This document shows, piece after piece, positions 27,750-42,927 of a DNA stretch of 64,000 nucleotides (positions within the stretch are counted from its first letter, which is position 1; every line of letters begins with the position of its first letter). A program made the translations under genes and the position numbers. This DNA is from Octopus vulgaris (lineage: Eukaryota): positions 44,206,001 to 44,270,000 of the forward strand of contig OX597814.1 of assembly GCA_951406725.2 (NCBI GenBank), read 5' to 3'. The notes under the pieces are model-generated. The model saw only the letters and a program-made list of their open reading frames with translations, was not told the DNA's origin and did not search any database.

Positions 27750-28900
27750 ATGATTCATTACTGTTTGGTCTAAGATCTCTGTACACATCCAAATCCATTT
27801 TTCTTGCCTATTTCAAAAATACTTGTATCAACTACATGAAACGGAAATGACATTTATTTCTGGGGCCACATCCGTCACCAGTTCCTCCACACACCTAACC
27901 ATATACGTTGCTATGCAGTTGAAGTTCACTCTTTCAAATGGGGAATCATGGTTGGATCTTTGCTCCTGTTTCGATGGAGAAAACGGCATCTTTATTAGCA
28001 ATATGTTAACATCAATTGATACATGTATGCGTGTCGTCGGGGTGGGGCTTTGCATACTACAGCTTCTACACTGGTCGAGATATTGTATTTATGCATCTGA
28101 AGGTTATAGGGCATCAGAAGTTCGGTCGGTTTGACCGAATTCAACACATCCAAAAATATCAGTCGACCGTGCAGTGCAGTTCTACAAAACTACATGCATC
28201 TAATATTTCTCGTAACTGAATTTTATTTATTTTATTTTTATTCTTTGTATTTCTCATTGTTGTAGCTGCTTTACCATATATCTATGTTGATATTTTGTCC
28301 GGTTGCCAAAAGAGGAAGTGATGGTGATGGTGCAGATGTTTGCCGTTATTATAACGTTCGGTTGATTTCTTTCGTAAATTGTGCTGATGTATCTACTGCG
28401 ATTTGAGAAGGTATGATCATGGCAAAGATTGATTAGCCGGAAGCGCTCGCTGAATATACCTCACATATGGATCTTGGGAACATTAACCATGAATGAATAA
28501 GCCAGTAGAGAAGATGAGCAGATACAATAGACGCCTCATAAGTAAATGTCAATGTATTGTGCAGATAGTGACAAACGAGAGAGTTATAAAAGCTAGTCAT
28601 ATCTTCATGGGAAGTGGTAAAGGTTTCCTCCTCTACTCTTTTTCTGTCTGGAGATAATACCATAAGCTAAATTATTAAACACGAATGGACTCAGAAACAT
28701 GTTGTATAGTAGTCCAGTATTCAACCTTTTGTTTACGGATGGCATAAATTTGCATACTGTAGATAAACCAGATATACTATTGAAGACATTAGTAATTTAC
28801 AAAAGAAACTGATAAGAGAATTGGATTAGAAACTGTACTAAGACAAATTTGGAGCTAGGAATATTTATTAAGAGAACTAATGTCATGTGAGATAAAGTAG
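27750..28900. mobile_element. Possible old CR1-like LINE remnants
   Basis: Faint APE-like segment on the minus strand (~27800-28200) and RT-like segment on the plus strand (~28690-28850, ..DISNLQK..). Confidence 0.3.
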
Positions 28901-30329
28901 CAAAGAAGAGAGAATAGAAATATATACAGTCTTACATATCCTTACTAATCAATATGTATGCAACACAGAGAAACAACAGTAAATGTTGTGTATCAATTTT
29001 AGATGCATGACCTTTGTACTTAAAATATAATAGGTACCAATATACTTACTCTCCCTGTATAGAATATATTCAACTGCATAGCAAAAAAAAAAGTCATTGA
29101 CTGCATTCAGTATACTCACCAAATATTTGTTATGCAATTATATATACCACAATTACAAGGATATAGAGGTAATTTCAAGCTAGAAAACTATAATAATTCT
29201 TCTATCATGGGAATTAAAATATATTAAGTAAACTATATAAGGTGTGTATTATGAATAAAAGAAACAAATTTGTGCTTGTGTGTGTTGCATATGCACCTAA
29301 ATGTTTAACGTAACACTGAGTGTATATGTGTATATTCATATATCAGTATTTCTCCTTAACTCTTCACGTTGTATTCTACTCTATTAGCCCCGGAACAAAA
29401 TCTGGTTTGCAAATTCAGTCAACTGTGTATTCTCTTAAACATCGCTATAGTGACGTTCACATATTTTTGTCCTGCCCGAGGACTATAGTTCCTGAAACAT
29501 GTCTAAATAATGCAGACGCATACACACATTCATATATGTATGTTACGCGAATACGCTATCTTATGATCGTGTATGTGGCAGTTGTGTAGAAGTGGATAAG
29601 TAGAAAGATACATAGATATATTGGAAATAAGCATATTTCTGCGCATCCATAGAAATTCCAGTAACTAAAGTTTAGCATTTAGAAATTTTCTATTCTTGTC
29701 TATAAATTCTGACTTACCCAATAATAGTTTCTGATGTAGGCACACGCTCAGCAATTGAGGGGACGAGCCTGTCAATGCCATCGACTGCTTCACTTAATTT
29801 TATTCACCTCGAATGCTGAAAGACTAAGTTGTATTCATATTAGAATTTCACAGATTTCACTAAACTAGTGCTTCTGTTCTTAATCATAGGGTATCTCTGA
29901 TTTAAAGTAACCAACCCATTGTGGATGAATTATTTTGTGAAATAAGAGATCTCCGTTAATGAGCTTGTGCTTTTGCTCGTGAATATGTAATAGTATGGAA
30001 ATACTAAAAAGATTACTAGAATTTAAAGCAAAGTATATCTTAAAACGCCTTCATTAGTTGAAATTATCATTGATGACTTAGGAGCAAATGCCTTCTTGCC
30101 AATGCACTTAATATATATATAGACGAACAGTAACCAGTTTGTGTGTTTTAATAGTATTGTTGTAAGTTTTATTTGTATGACTATTAAGCGAGTATTTTAG
30201 AGATTAGTAAGGCAGTTATAAAACTACTGTGAAATATAGTATTTCTTCCACACAATATATAACACTGCCGTTATTGATCCTTTGATGATAAAATATCTTG
30301 CAGGCTGCAGAAGGCAATTGATAACTTCA

Positions 30330-30930
30330 GGACGCTTGACTCTCATATTTGATTCCAACATGGCAGCAGAAGACGAACAAAGGTTGATACTACCGTGCGT
30401 GCTATCGTCGATCACTTACTAATATGAGGCATGGACGCGTTACAGGCATTATATGGGGGTACTTGAAAGCCTTCCATCTGGGATATCTAAGATACGTCTT
30501 TGTATGTTGGTCTTTGCAGACTCCAGACTCAGATGTCTTGATGGGAACCGATAGCGTGAGCATTGCGGCGATGGTACACAAGCATCGATTACGCTGGACT
30601 GAATAATTTGTTATCGAAGGACTCCTAATCAGCTGCTATTTGGTGAATATGTCTGAAGAAAGTGCCCCCAGCACAAAACGTTACGAATTCTATAACGTCC
30701 TCGCTAAAGGTATGTGAGATACAGATGGACTGCTGGGAATTCAATGTATGTCATTGTCACCATTGGAGGAAACGTGTAAAGGAAGTAGTATCTTTGAAGA
30801 AACATGCATTTTGCTTCCTGAACTTAAGGGATCTGCTCGAAAACGTACCGACGGCGTAGAGAATGGAGAAAATTTCGTCTGCGGTATATGTGGGCGTGTA
30901 TGGACGCATTAGTCGTTAGCGGAACCGGAA
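30330..30930 (+). mobile_element. RTE-clade LINE 3' fragment
   Basis: YLKAFHL.YLR, SIAAMVHKHRLRW, PNQLLFGE and terminal FVCGICG. Confidence 0.75.
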
Positions 30931-31027
30931 ATGTAAAGTATAATTTCTGAGTACACATTGTCTTTAATAGTCAGTCATTGTTTAGCTTGGTCACGAGTGG
31001 ACATTCATCACACACACACACAAACAC

Positions 31028-31107
<80 letters not shown>

Positions 31108-31578
31108 GGGGGGGTATGTATGTATACATATGCTTGTTTGTATGCATGTATATATATATATATGTATGTATATATGTATGTATATGGATGTATGAATATA
31201 TGTGCGTATGTCTGTGTGAGTGAGTGTATGTGCGTGTATGTGTTTGCATATATATGCATGCTTATATCTATACATGATAGTTCTTCATGTAAATACAAAT
31301 ACTATACCAAGTAATTATGTGAAGTGAAATGTCTATGATATAGTCCATTAAAGAATTATATATCTTTACATAAATTATATTCCTAGTTTCAAAAATGGTT
31401 CAATTTTCAGGAAAGCAAGTTAGCTTTACATAGACATTCAGACTACACAAAAAGGCTGATGATGTTCTATCTTAGCTTAAAAAGTTCAGAAGTGATGATA
31501 TTTATGAAATATGTACATTTGATAAGGTACTGTAGTTTCTTCTGTACGTAGACATGAGGAATTTACGGCATCAAAAAT

Positions 31579-31676
31579 TAAGATATGTCTTTGTATGTAG
31601 GTCTTTGCAGACTCCAGACTCAGATGTCTTGATGGGAACCGATAACGTGAGCATTGCGGCGATGGTACACAAGCAT
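31579..31676 (+). repeat. 98-bp local duplicate of 30488-30585
   Basis: About 3 mismatches by eye. Confidence 0.85.
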
Positions 31677-32296
31677 AAATAAATGATGAAAATGATATTA
31701 ATCGGTACAAATATCATGAAAAGTAGATACATAAAATATATGGAAAATATACATATGAAATAGTTATATAAAAATATATAATATAAATATGAAATGCATA
31801 ATTAATGTAGAATAACAATTTATATCAAAACATATGGATATGTAAAATTTATACTGAATTCAAAAGTGCGTAAAAGGAATAGAAAATTGTAGCGTATTTG
31901 ATATATATTTCCATACAAAGATATCCGTTTTAAAATATTTAAGACAAAATAAAATAGTGTTAAATCGTGGTCCATTTACCGAGATGGTGACGTATACTTC
32001 TGTTTTTAGGAATTTCGTACTTAATATGTTGTATTTTGTAATGATTTGAGATGAAGCATTTATATAATGCTACGATGTGTGGAGGAATATCGATTGGTAG
32101 GTTTTTCTTTAGGTTACATGATCTGATTGCTCGAAGAAGTTTCAGTACTATGGTCTTTCAAGCCAGATATGTAATTTTGCAATTTCGTGGTGTAACACAT
32201 TCATATATTTTGGGAGGATGAAACACTTAAAGTAATCTTATATAAATTTTTATATTTTGCCGTATCTATAGAATGTTTGATACAAGAATAGATAAT

Positions 32297-33012
32297 ATGC
32301 GAGGTGTATTCCAGAAGTTTCTAGACAATTATATGTCAGGCAGTTACAACTGTCCAAGGTTATTGTGATTTTAGTACTATCATTTGTCAATAAGAATAAA
32401 ATGCATACAATTTGGAGCTGATATTCTGGATTGAACAGGACAGCATTTTGAACACATCCTACTCAACACTGCTTGTCAAAGCTGACTAGTTTGCAGAACG
32501 CAGTCTGGTGATGAAGACAATTTGGAAGGTGGCTGTGCAAGAAAGTGTTGTGTTTTGAAGATGAAGGGGGCTGTGTCAAGGGTTCTGGATACTTTCGACA
32601 TCAACAGGGCCTACACAAGGTGACTGAGGCGTGCTACAAGTGCATTGAGGTTAGAGGATCCTATTTTGAAAGAGATTAGAGATTTTGGTCTTGTTTAAAA
32701 TTAACAAATGTCTCTCCTGAAACATTTGAAGCCTTCAGAAGTATACCTTGTATATAAACTTATCTTCAAAACGATCATCATGGAGGGTTTCTTTAAGCTT
32801 GGGGACCACCCAAAACAAACAGAAAGCAATGTGTGGACTGTAGGAAAGGTGAGGAGTAGTTTTGAGGCCCATCTCGGTGAAGTAGTTGATATCCAGTATG
32901 GTCGTCATCTTGGTGACAAAACTTGATACAAATTTTGAGCATGTTCAAATCTTCGTAGAGTCGCCATATCAGCTCCAGATTGTATGCATTTTATTCTTAT
33001 TGACAAATGATA
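32297..33012. mobile_element. Two decayed mariner pieces in opposite orientation
   Basis: Plus strand: TIR-like GCGAGGTGTATTCCAGAAG and C-terminus YKCIEVRGSYFE*, ending GAAGTATACCTTGTA at ~32752. Minus strand: N-terminus ICIKFC..DDDHTG. A ~46-bp inverted pair lies at 32378-32424 / 32967-33012. Confidence 0.65.
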
Positions 33013-33094
33013 TGTATGTATACATATAAATTGATGTTGTGGTCAGTAAGGAACTGGCGGTTTAATGTAAAGCATAAGAATATTGAATTCTAAG

Positions 33095-33197
33095 AATTAA
33101 TATCGCTATAAACTAAAGGGACTAATACCACACACGCAGAGGGGCACGCGCACGCCTGTGTGTGGTATTACTCTGCCTGTTTATAGCGATATTAATT
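33095..33197. repeat. Short hairpin / inverted repeat
   Basis: Perfect 19-bp outer stem AATTAATATCGCTATAAAC and perfect 13-bp inner stem TAATACCACACAC. Confidence 0.85.
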
Positions 33198-33439
33198 GTG
33201 CGTATGTGAGCTCCAGCAATCGTTATCTTAATATACGTTACAAACTTACAGAATTCCGCATCTCTAGTACAAGCTAGATTTCAAACAATGTTATTTCAGT
33301 CATACTTGTTTCTTCAGTTATTTGCTATAGAGGTATAAATTTAAAAGAACATACTACCAATTAGATTATCAAGTCGAAGGTCCAAGAGCGATACAGAAAC
33401 TGGTTCAGAAATTTGGATTATGAATAAATTCTTCTTCAC

Positions 33440-33751
33440 TCAGTCGATTGCGACGAGGCGGGTCCCAGCTGATACGATCAACGGAACAGCTTGCTCGTGG
33501 AATAAACCTGCAAGTGTCTGAGCAATCCATAGACACGTGTACCCTTAACGTAGTTCTCAAGGAGATTCAGCATAACACAGAGTGTGACAAGGCCGGCCCT
33601 TTGATATACTACTCATTTGTTCCAGCTGAATGGACTGGAGCAACGGGAAATAAAGTATCTTGCTCAAGAACACAAGGCGTTGCCAGGAATTGAACTCACG
33701 ACCTTACGATCATGCATCGAATGTCCAAGCCACCAAGCCACGCGCCTTCAC
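33440..33751 (-). mobile_element. tRNA-derived SINE (family D, CORE-like)
   Basis: Minus strand GTGAAGGCGCGTGGCTTGGTGG...GTGAGTTCAATTCC...GTGTTCTTGAGCAAG...GTTGCTCCAGTCCA. Confidence 0.75.
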
Positions 33752-34741
33752 CATGGATATATTAAACGTGACTTATCCTCAAAAATTTTACAAATATGCA
33801 GATTCCCGAACTCTCAGCCTTTTGAAAGTGTCTCCTAAAGTCCATGACTTTAGTACATTTGATTAAAAACTTGCGTAACCTTTCTAATATGTTCTGACCC
33901 TCCTCTTTCAGCGCAACTATATATATCAATAGTTTTTCCCTACTTATTTAACAAACAGTACTAAACGAACTACATATTATTTACACACAATACTAAACGA
34001 ACTACATATTATTTACACACAAGTTTGTGTTTCTGTAATTATATCCATCCTATCTTTTTTACATTTCCTATATCATCATTTTCATATTATTTTCTTTATC
34101 CTGATTCGGTTATTGAACTATATATTTTAATTTGTATTCATTTACACCGCATAAATATTGCTTTGCAGGTTGACTGACTCAGCTTTCTAATATTTGTATG
34201 TAATGATTAATAACATTTACAACGTTTTACCCACCATACACAACCGGAAATATTTCTGCATATGGTCTGCCTATTTTTTCTACAAATCGAATCTCTTTCT
34301 TTTGATGTTGGCTTGCATTTTATCTGGGAATAAACTTCAAATGACATTGTATTTTCTTTAATGGACTATATCATCCCATAAATTTACGTGTGTATGTGTG
34401 CGTGAGTGCGTGTATACGGGTGCGTGTATGTATGTGTGTATATGTACATCGGAATGCGTTCATTGTGAAGTATGGACGAAGCTTTTTAGATATCAGTAGC
34501 CGTTGCTACTTTTCCCAAGACTAAGTTACAAAATATGAACATATAACTCTAATAAGTAAATAATTCTTTATTCATACTAAATATTGTTTTGGGCCCACTT
34601 GTGTTTGTAAAAAATATATATTTTACTCACACAAACCCATAAGTACATATAGGCACACACACACATGAAACGCACACATATGCATACTTATATAAATCAC
34701 TGCGTATATAAATGTGCGCGGATGTGTGTGTATGTGTGTGT

Positions 34742-34882
<141 letters not shown>

Positions 34883-35509
34883 AATACATGCTTACATACA
34901 TAATCTGTCAGCTGTTCAGAAATACGAAAAAAATCACGGTATTTTCTTTTTTGCTTTTCCTTTTGTATTTTTTTTTTTTTGGAGCAGTAAAATTCTAAGT
35001 GGACGTTGACTATAGTTGATCAAAATGTTACCATTGGTTTGACACCTATAATTGATCTGAATGATATAGGCTATTCATCACACCCGCTGGCTAATTGCAC
35101 TTATCGTTCTAGAGTATTTATCAACATCTTGTTAAAAAAATATTCCTGAAACGATTATTATTTAATAGACACAACTTAAGGGCTTCATTGAGCAGTGTAA
35201 AAAGTATTTTAGGGATCACCCTTAAGTCCTGCACAGAAGCAGGATTCTTATGTATGTCTAACAGTAAATGCTGAATGAGTGGCCCTATGCATATGTATGC
35301 ATGTATGTATGCATGTATGTATGTATGTATTTATGTATGTATGTATGTATGTATGTATGCATGTATGCATGTATGCATGTATGTATTTATGTATGCATAT
35401 ATGTATGTATGTATTTATGTATGCATGTATGCATGTATGTATATATGTATGTGTGTATGTATTTATGTATGTATGTATGTTTGTTTATGCCTATAAATGT
35501 ATAATATTT

Positions 35510-35723
35510 TAATCTTTTACTTGTTTCAGTCATTTGACTGCGGCCATGCTGGAGCACCGCCTTTAATCGAGCAAATCGACCCCAGGACTTATTCTTTTGT
35601 AAGCCCAGTACTTATTCTATCGGTCTCTTTTGCCGAACTGCTAAGTGACGGCGACGTAAACACACCAGCATCGGTTGTCAAGCAATGCTGGGGGAACAGA
35701 CACAGATACACAAACACACACAA

Positions 35724-35764
<41 letters not shown>

Positions 35765-35930
35765 TACGACGGGCTTCTTTCAGTTACCGTCTACCAAATC
35801 CACTCACAAGGCATTGACCGGCCCGGGGCTATAGCAGAAGACACTTGCCGAAGGTGCCACGCAGTGGGACTGAACCCGGAACCATGTGGTTGGTAAGCGA
35901 GTTACTTACCACACAGCCACTCCTGCGCCT
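35510..35930 (-). mobile_element. tRNA-derived SINE (family B), young copy with internal (TA)n
   Basis: Minus-strand head AGGCGCAGGAGTGGCTGTGTGGTAAG...CCGGGTTCAGTCCC. Highly similar to 50295-50753. Confidence 0.9.
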
Positions 35931-37492
35931 ATTAATGTTTTATATATATATAACTTTGCATTACGTTATACATAAAAGCGTTAAGAGTAATCTGAAGGAT
36001 TGTTCGTTTCTAGGAAAAAATTGATTGTGACTACGAAATTTAGCTTTCAAGCCATAATCCTTGGCGAGAAGACTATTAGATATTGACACTGACCGCTTGA
36101 ACTCAATTTTTCTGTTATTATTATTCTTTTAAAATAGAAAGTAATCATAACTTGATGAGTGTAGTAATTGCGGTAATTATATGGACATATGTTAGAATAC
36201 CTAAGCGGTGGGTGCCATAATTTCTGTATGGATATTATGTATTCTTATTTATTTTTGTAGTATTCGATAAAAATATAATAAAGATTATACTGGTTTTATA
36301 GTGTGCTCTTTTATAATATGAAAAATTCAGAAAAAATAGCTCTACTTTCAATGCTTGGGTAATATATTCCACTCAGCTCATATTTTTTTCTCATTATGCC
36401 TTATAAATTTTTTAAAAAACTGTTTTCGGAATGTTTATATTCTCAATATCAGAATAACGGCATTTTAATTTTTTTTTCTAAACTGTATAAAAGTAGTTTT
36501 TAAAACAACAGTAATAAAGAAGCTCAATTCAGTGATTTTTAAGACGTCCTGTACAGAATATGACGATATTATAATTATCATATTTGTTTCTACGTTGTTG
36601 AATGTAATATATATTCGTTATCGAAAGCATCAGTTTTGTTATCTCACTTCTTAAAATTTAAAATGCTGCTGTTACATTTTATTAAGGAAGAAAATGCTAT
36701 TATGAAAGAAAACAAGATATATTTATATATCTTAAAATGCAAATAGATACAAACGTTTCATATTGTAAACGCACACAAATTAAAGAAAAATTTTTTTTAA
36801 ATACAGAGCATTAAGTTTCCTAACCCTAATCAATTTTTGACTAAAAACTAAATTGCCAATTCTGAATCTGTAATGACGAAAACATAAATCTCCCAAGACT
36901 CTTTGTTTTCTTTTCTTACGATATAATAATAAGTATTGAGGTGGGTGTAAGGAGATCTACACAGAAGGGAAGCGCAAAATTCTCTGACATTTTCATTAAA
37001 ATTGTAATATGTAATATAAATAAGATTCTTCATATATGTATCACTATATCAACAGGCATTGTCAATACACCGCATTTACCGAGATTGTGAATATGAATAC
37101 CACCTTTATTTCAAAATATTTTCAAAGTTACAACTATTTTATATTCATTATAAACAAATATCATCTTTTTTTTTAAAAAAAAAAAGATTATGATAACAAT
37201 CATTGATTAGAAATTGTAACTTATTTATTAGAACATATAAAATCCAATTTATATTGTAAAAACAAATTAACTAATACTGATTTATAATGTTTGCATTTAA
37301 TAGAGTATATTATTTTTCAGAGTCAGCTAGTCGATGTTGCACGCTCCGGGGAAATATGTTATAGAGCTTCTCACATAGAAGAACTGGTTGGCAAAGTTTT
37401 GCATGTCTCTTTCAGTAGGGATTTTTAACCCAAATTCTACTAAGAGTACATTCTAATTATTATTACCATTATTGTTATCATTATTATTATTG

Positions 37493-37569
<77 letters not shown>

Positions 37570-37814
37570 TGCAACATCCAACGCCGCTCCCATTTCAACA
37601 TTGCCCTCACTTTTCAAATCCTAATACTGATTATTATCTTATGTACAATGAAGAATGTCATTCGTAAAATATCTTAATAACCTGTGGACAGGTGGTTCTG
37701 TGTTTGTTTTTAAATTGCATTTAGATAGTCCTCTCTGAGAATTCCATGACATTGCTTACATATCTAATGTACTGTGATATATTATTTACAACAAAGTGGA
37801 TTTGAGTATACTGG

Positions 37815-38180
37815 CTCAGTCCCACTGCGTAGCATCTTGTGCAAGTGCCGTCTACTATAGCCTTCGACAGACCAAGGCCTTGTAAGTGCGTTTGGTAGAA
37901 AGAAACTGAATGAAGCCTGTTGTATATATGTGCGTGCGTGTACATTTGTTTGTGTATGTGTGTATATATATCTTTGTGTTATTGTCATCCACCACCTCCT
38001 GGGAAAGAGTATTGGTATGTTCACAACGCGTAACTTAGCGGTTCGGTGAATATGTCAGATAGAATAGAAACCAGACTATAAAAAAATACAAGAATTGTGG
38101 TCGATTCTTTCGACTAAAATCCTTGAAGATGATGTTCCAGCATGGCCGCAATCCAATGATTGAAACAAGTAAAAGATAAT
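37815..38180 (+). mobile_element. Family B SINE, 5'-truncated
   Basis: TCAGTCCCACTGCGT...TTGGTAGA..GAAACTGAA...CCAGCATGGCCGCA. Confidence 0.78.
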
Positions 38181-39537
38181 ATATTCTTCATCAATAATGA
38201 GCTTTATTAAACTTCTAAATTGCTTTGTCACTACAATATTTTTCTTGGATTCAAATTCCATTAAGTAAATAGTTCTTAAAACAACTGAGTAATCAAAGAA
38301 CTTATAACAGTTGTGAACGGTAATCATTTCGTATGTTTAAGACAATAACTTTTTAGTTCCTAATCCTTCGAAGAGCCCTATTTCGTCTCATATTAACACA
38401 CCTAAAACAAAAACTAGGTCTTACACTTTTAGAGATTTGACTCTCTTGGTATAATTAGTTTGAAGCAAACAAGTATACTTGGTTGTAAATATTCTCATAA
38501 GAATTTTGAACAATAAATTTGGGCCATTTTGTGTCAATCAAGGCATCGTCCGATCAAAAGTTTTGCGTATTTTCCTTGCCATGAATGCATTTGAAGATAA
38601 TATTCTCACTTCTTTTTAAGAGTTGCTATGAAATTATTTCTTTGAGAAAATCTTATTCACTATCAGTGAAATATTTTAATAATTACGCATATTCACATTT
38701 ATTCAATCGAGCAAAGCAGACCCTTGTAATGCTGACTCAGTTTGTCTAACATCACAAGACCTTATTTTCTGACGATTTATGTTCTCTTTAATAGAGCTGA
38801 TTTTCGATGTCTGATCTTTTTATAGCACTTGCACGGTACTGGCTTTGATTCATTTAATGAACTGCGGAATTGTGGTGACTCATTTTGAGCGATATATTTT
38901 ACTTTTTCTTGTATTGACTCTCTTTACATTTACTTAAATTTATTCCTATCAAGACAGATATTTTAATAATTACGCATATTCACATTTATTCAATGGCAAA
39001 CCACACCCTTGTGAATGAGATTGGCCACAAATTGCATGGCACAAATAAAACCAACACTGCTAGTTATTCAGGTGCTTTTCTCTGGAATGTTGATGGCTGG
39101 TAGGGCAGTATAACCCCATGAACTGATCAATTAATGGGTATGCTTACTTGAGAAGCTATTTAGCAATACCCAGCGCTTAAATACAATAATAGTGGCACAT
39201 TGACTATGACGTACAAATAACAACAAACAACTCAATCGACGTAACGCACCTAAAATTAAGATTCCTGCACATACACACATATTTCTTTATATATGCATAC
39301 ATCTATAACTTTTTATCGTGTATATATTATATATTTATTTACGTATAAGCATGTATGTATCTTATATATATATATATATATATATATACAAAAATCTATA
39401 ATGATGAGCATAATTATAATTAGGGTTCAGTAGAATTTGCTTCACCACATACCGAAATTTAGAAATAGCAGTTAAAATACTATTCTACTACCATAAGATA
39501 TGTCCCAGACAGCAATGCCTCAAAAGAGTATACAGAC

Positions 39538-39580
<43 letters not shown>

Positions 39581-39585
39581 CGCGT

Positions 39586-39620
<35 letters not shown>

Positions 39621-39715
39621 GTAGGTAAGTAGGTAGGTAGGTTGGTTGGTAGGTAGGTAGGTAGATAGATAGATAGATAGATACTTGGATATATAGATGG
39701 ATGGATCGATGGATG

Positions 39716-39754
<39 letters not shown>

Positions 39755-39908
39755 TCGTACGGTTGAGATGTTTCCTCTTTTTTCCTTCTTTGTCGCGAGC
39801 AGGTTCCTGCGTCAGCAGCTATTATACTATATTACTGAGTTTGTTACAAAACTTTGGGTATTACGAAGTAATTTGTCAAGTAAACACATATATAAGTGTA
39901 CATTTGTG

Positions 39909-39941
<33 letters not shown>

Positions 39942-40284
39942 TAAATTTATGTAAAGTATACATGTATGTTTGTCTATGGATTAAAAAAAAGAGAAACTGC
40001 GAATAATCTTAACTGATTTCATTGGATTCTTATCTATTGCTCGTATAGTAATTTGACCAAACATAGCACGTGAAGCAGTCAGTCTGTTTCTATACTCAAC
40101 AATTTCAGTAGCTCCAGAAAATTAGATTTACTAATTTGCATACCATGAATGTTAAAACTTTCTTTTAAGTGTCAGAAAATGTTAACGGAAATATTACTCC
40201 ACATAGTATCAAATAATTGCATAATATATGTAATCTCTATCTATATATATGTATATATATATGTAAATACATACATTTATATAG

Positions 40285-40322
<38 letters not shown>

Positions 40323-40470
40323 CCTTAATAAACAGGGCTAATTTATCTCTTTCCCAATGGACTGAAAATGCTGAACAAACTTAATCTATATATATATGTA
40401 TGTATGTATTTATACATGTATAGACTTATTTCTAGCACCATCCGTCTATTTTATGACGACTCTACTTTCG

Positions 40471-40509
<39 letters not shown>

Positions 40510-40510
<1 letters not shown>

Positions 40511-41169
40511 TAGCAGCATAACCCGGCCTTGCGATTAAGTTGCGATTATTAAGCTAATCAAGTTCTTTATTTCAAACCAAACTAAGTAATATCGACACTC
40601 AGCAAAACACTTTTTTACTCGGCGTAAAATAAAAACAACACTCTTTCGCACCCAAAGTAATGTGTGAAAGAGGGGGAGAAAGATGAACGATCTGATATAA
40701 ATAAATGATTTAAAATAAATATATTGTAATTGTTGTGTGAGAAAGTATATATACTATGATTATAAAATATAGTGTCTTTCAAAAACATCCTAAATTTGAA
40801 CACTATATCTCGTGTTTAAGAAAAAACAAAACATTTTACATTTTATTTTTTATGAACATCGTCTCTTACTCTCTCTCTCTCCCTCTCTCACTTTGTATTT
40901 CCCATGAAACTTTTCTTTATCGTATTATTTTTAGACGCCGTCAAAAAGCGATGGCTGATTTTTTTATGGTTAAAAGCTATGGCTGAAAATAGAATTTTAC
41001 CGCTATCCGCGGGTGCCTCGGGAAAAATATAAGATCACAAAACCCAGATAGGATGTTGACGAATGTCCTCCTAAAATTGGAGCGACATGCGTGCTAATTT
41101 GTGGAAGTGCATAAATTACAATCACGTACGCACACACACGCACACACATAATGCCTTTTATAGATATGA
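40510..41169 (-). mobile_element. Non-autonomous Helitron-like element
   Basis: On the minus strand it begins with TC (TCATATCTATAAAAGG) and ends ...GGCCGGGTTATGCTG-CTAG, sits in TA-rich sequence, and has no TSD. Confidence 0.5.
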
Positions 41170-41904
41170 TATATATAAAATTCAACCGCGGTTCATTCAA
41201 CCGCGGTAGTGGTTGAATATATGAAGTCCACCATTTCGTCAATCACAGCAGCTTCCAAGCTTGACCACTAATTCAATTCTGAACTAAATTGCAAACTGTT
41301 ACCACTTTTAAAGAAGACACCTCCTCAGCTACACTTTGGCATAAATAGTTTGAGATTTGACTCAGTAGAAAAAAATGTTACATCAAAATATGTGCGACTT
41401 CAAGGGAGGCAGTAATGCACCTTTTCACATTCAATTAACAATAACATTTTAATTTTAAATTAAAAGTATATCTCTTTTAGGCTCAAATGATAGACAAGTG
41501 CTTGAGAAATTCAGAATCACTAGACGCATTTAACAAACTTTCGTAGAAAAAGTGTTATGAGGTAAAATGTTATGATATTTCCTGTCAATAACTAAGAGAT
41601 TAAGGGAGTAACGCTTCAGCTATAAAAATGAAGAACGTATTTCTAAAATCAATGGTTTCGTTCAAAAGTGGAGAGTTGGCAAAAACATTAGCCCGCTGTG
41701 TGCACTACCTGACTTTATTTCATGTGTCTTTACGTTTTTTGAGTTCAAATTTCGCCCGAGGTCGACTTTGAGGTACAGATTATTTCATTATTTTTTTTTC
41801 TTTTAACAAAACACATTCAGATTTCTGATACTGGTAGACTGTGTCACATAGAATAGAATTTACTCTTAACGTTTTTGAAAAACCTTTGGTATTTTAGAAG
41901 GGGC

Positions 41905-41974
<70 letters not shown>

Positions 41975-42004
41975 GTTATTATCATTATTATTATCATCTC
42001 TATG

Positions 42005-42085
<81 letters not shown>
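41905..42085. repeat. (TAT)n microsatellite
   Basis: Seen directly. Confidence 0.97.
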
Positions 42086-42086
<1 letters not shown>

Positions 42087-42089
<3 letters not shown>

Positions 42090-42497
42090 CTGTGAGCTGG
42101 CAGAAACGTTAGCAAGCCGGGCGAAATGCTTAGCGGTATTTCGTCTGCAGTTACGTTCTGAGTTCAAATTCTGCCGAGGTCCACTTTGCCTTTCATCCTT
42201 TCGGGGACGATAAATTAAGTACCAGTTACGCACTGGGATCGATGTAATCGACTTAATCCGTTTGTCTGTCCTTGTTTGCCCCTCTATGTTTAGCCCCCTG
42301 TGGATAGTAAAGAAAGAGAAATTTTGTCTGTCTTTACGTTCTGAGTTCAAATTCCGCTGAGGTTGACTTTGCCTTTCATCCTTTCGGGGACGATAAATTA
42401 AGTACCAGTTACGCACTGGGATCGATGTAATCGACTTAATCCATTTGCCTGTCCTTGTTTGCCCCCTCTGCGTTTAGCCCCCTGTGGGCTATAAAAA
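42087..42497 (+). mobile_element. Family A SINE with tandemly duplicated 3' two-thirds
   Basis: The block TTACGTTCTGAGTTCAAATT...TTTAGCCCCCTGTGG occurs twice (~42151-42303 and ~42334-42487). Confidence 0.9.
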
Positions 42498-42927
42498 AAT
42501 TATAGAATATAAAAAATAAACATATATATTTAGCGATTTGGGAATATATTAGAAGTCTGTTTTTTTGTTTGTTGCAAACCATGAATATCTATATTTGCCA
42601 AATGTGGAGAATAACATAACAATATCTACAGGTATTAGGACTGTTATTTTCTGCATAGTGTCCTTAAAAATAATCTGCCAATATATATGCAGAACTAGTT
42701 GGTTATTATTCAACAGAAATAAGGTTGTTGGTAATTTACATAGTTACCATGATATTTCCATCAGCACTGGGTATATTGTTATATAGTACACTTCATTTGC
42801 AATCGTATTATGCATTGGTTATGCTCTTACAAGATATGAAGATGTTACGAAATATGTGGTGTACTTATTTGGCTGTATGTTTGTTTGTTTGTCGTAATCT
42901 GTACGTCGTTAATATTTGTTGAGTATA

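Noticed and set aside
33959-34022. 32-bp tandem duplication (also the ~40-bp repeat at 38670/38958) as a CRISPR-like array
   Set aside because: Only two copies, no spacers and a eukaryotic context; ordinary slippage.
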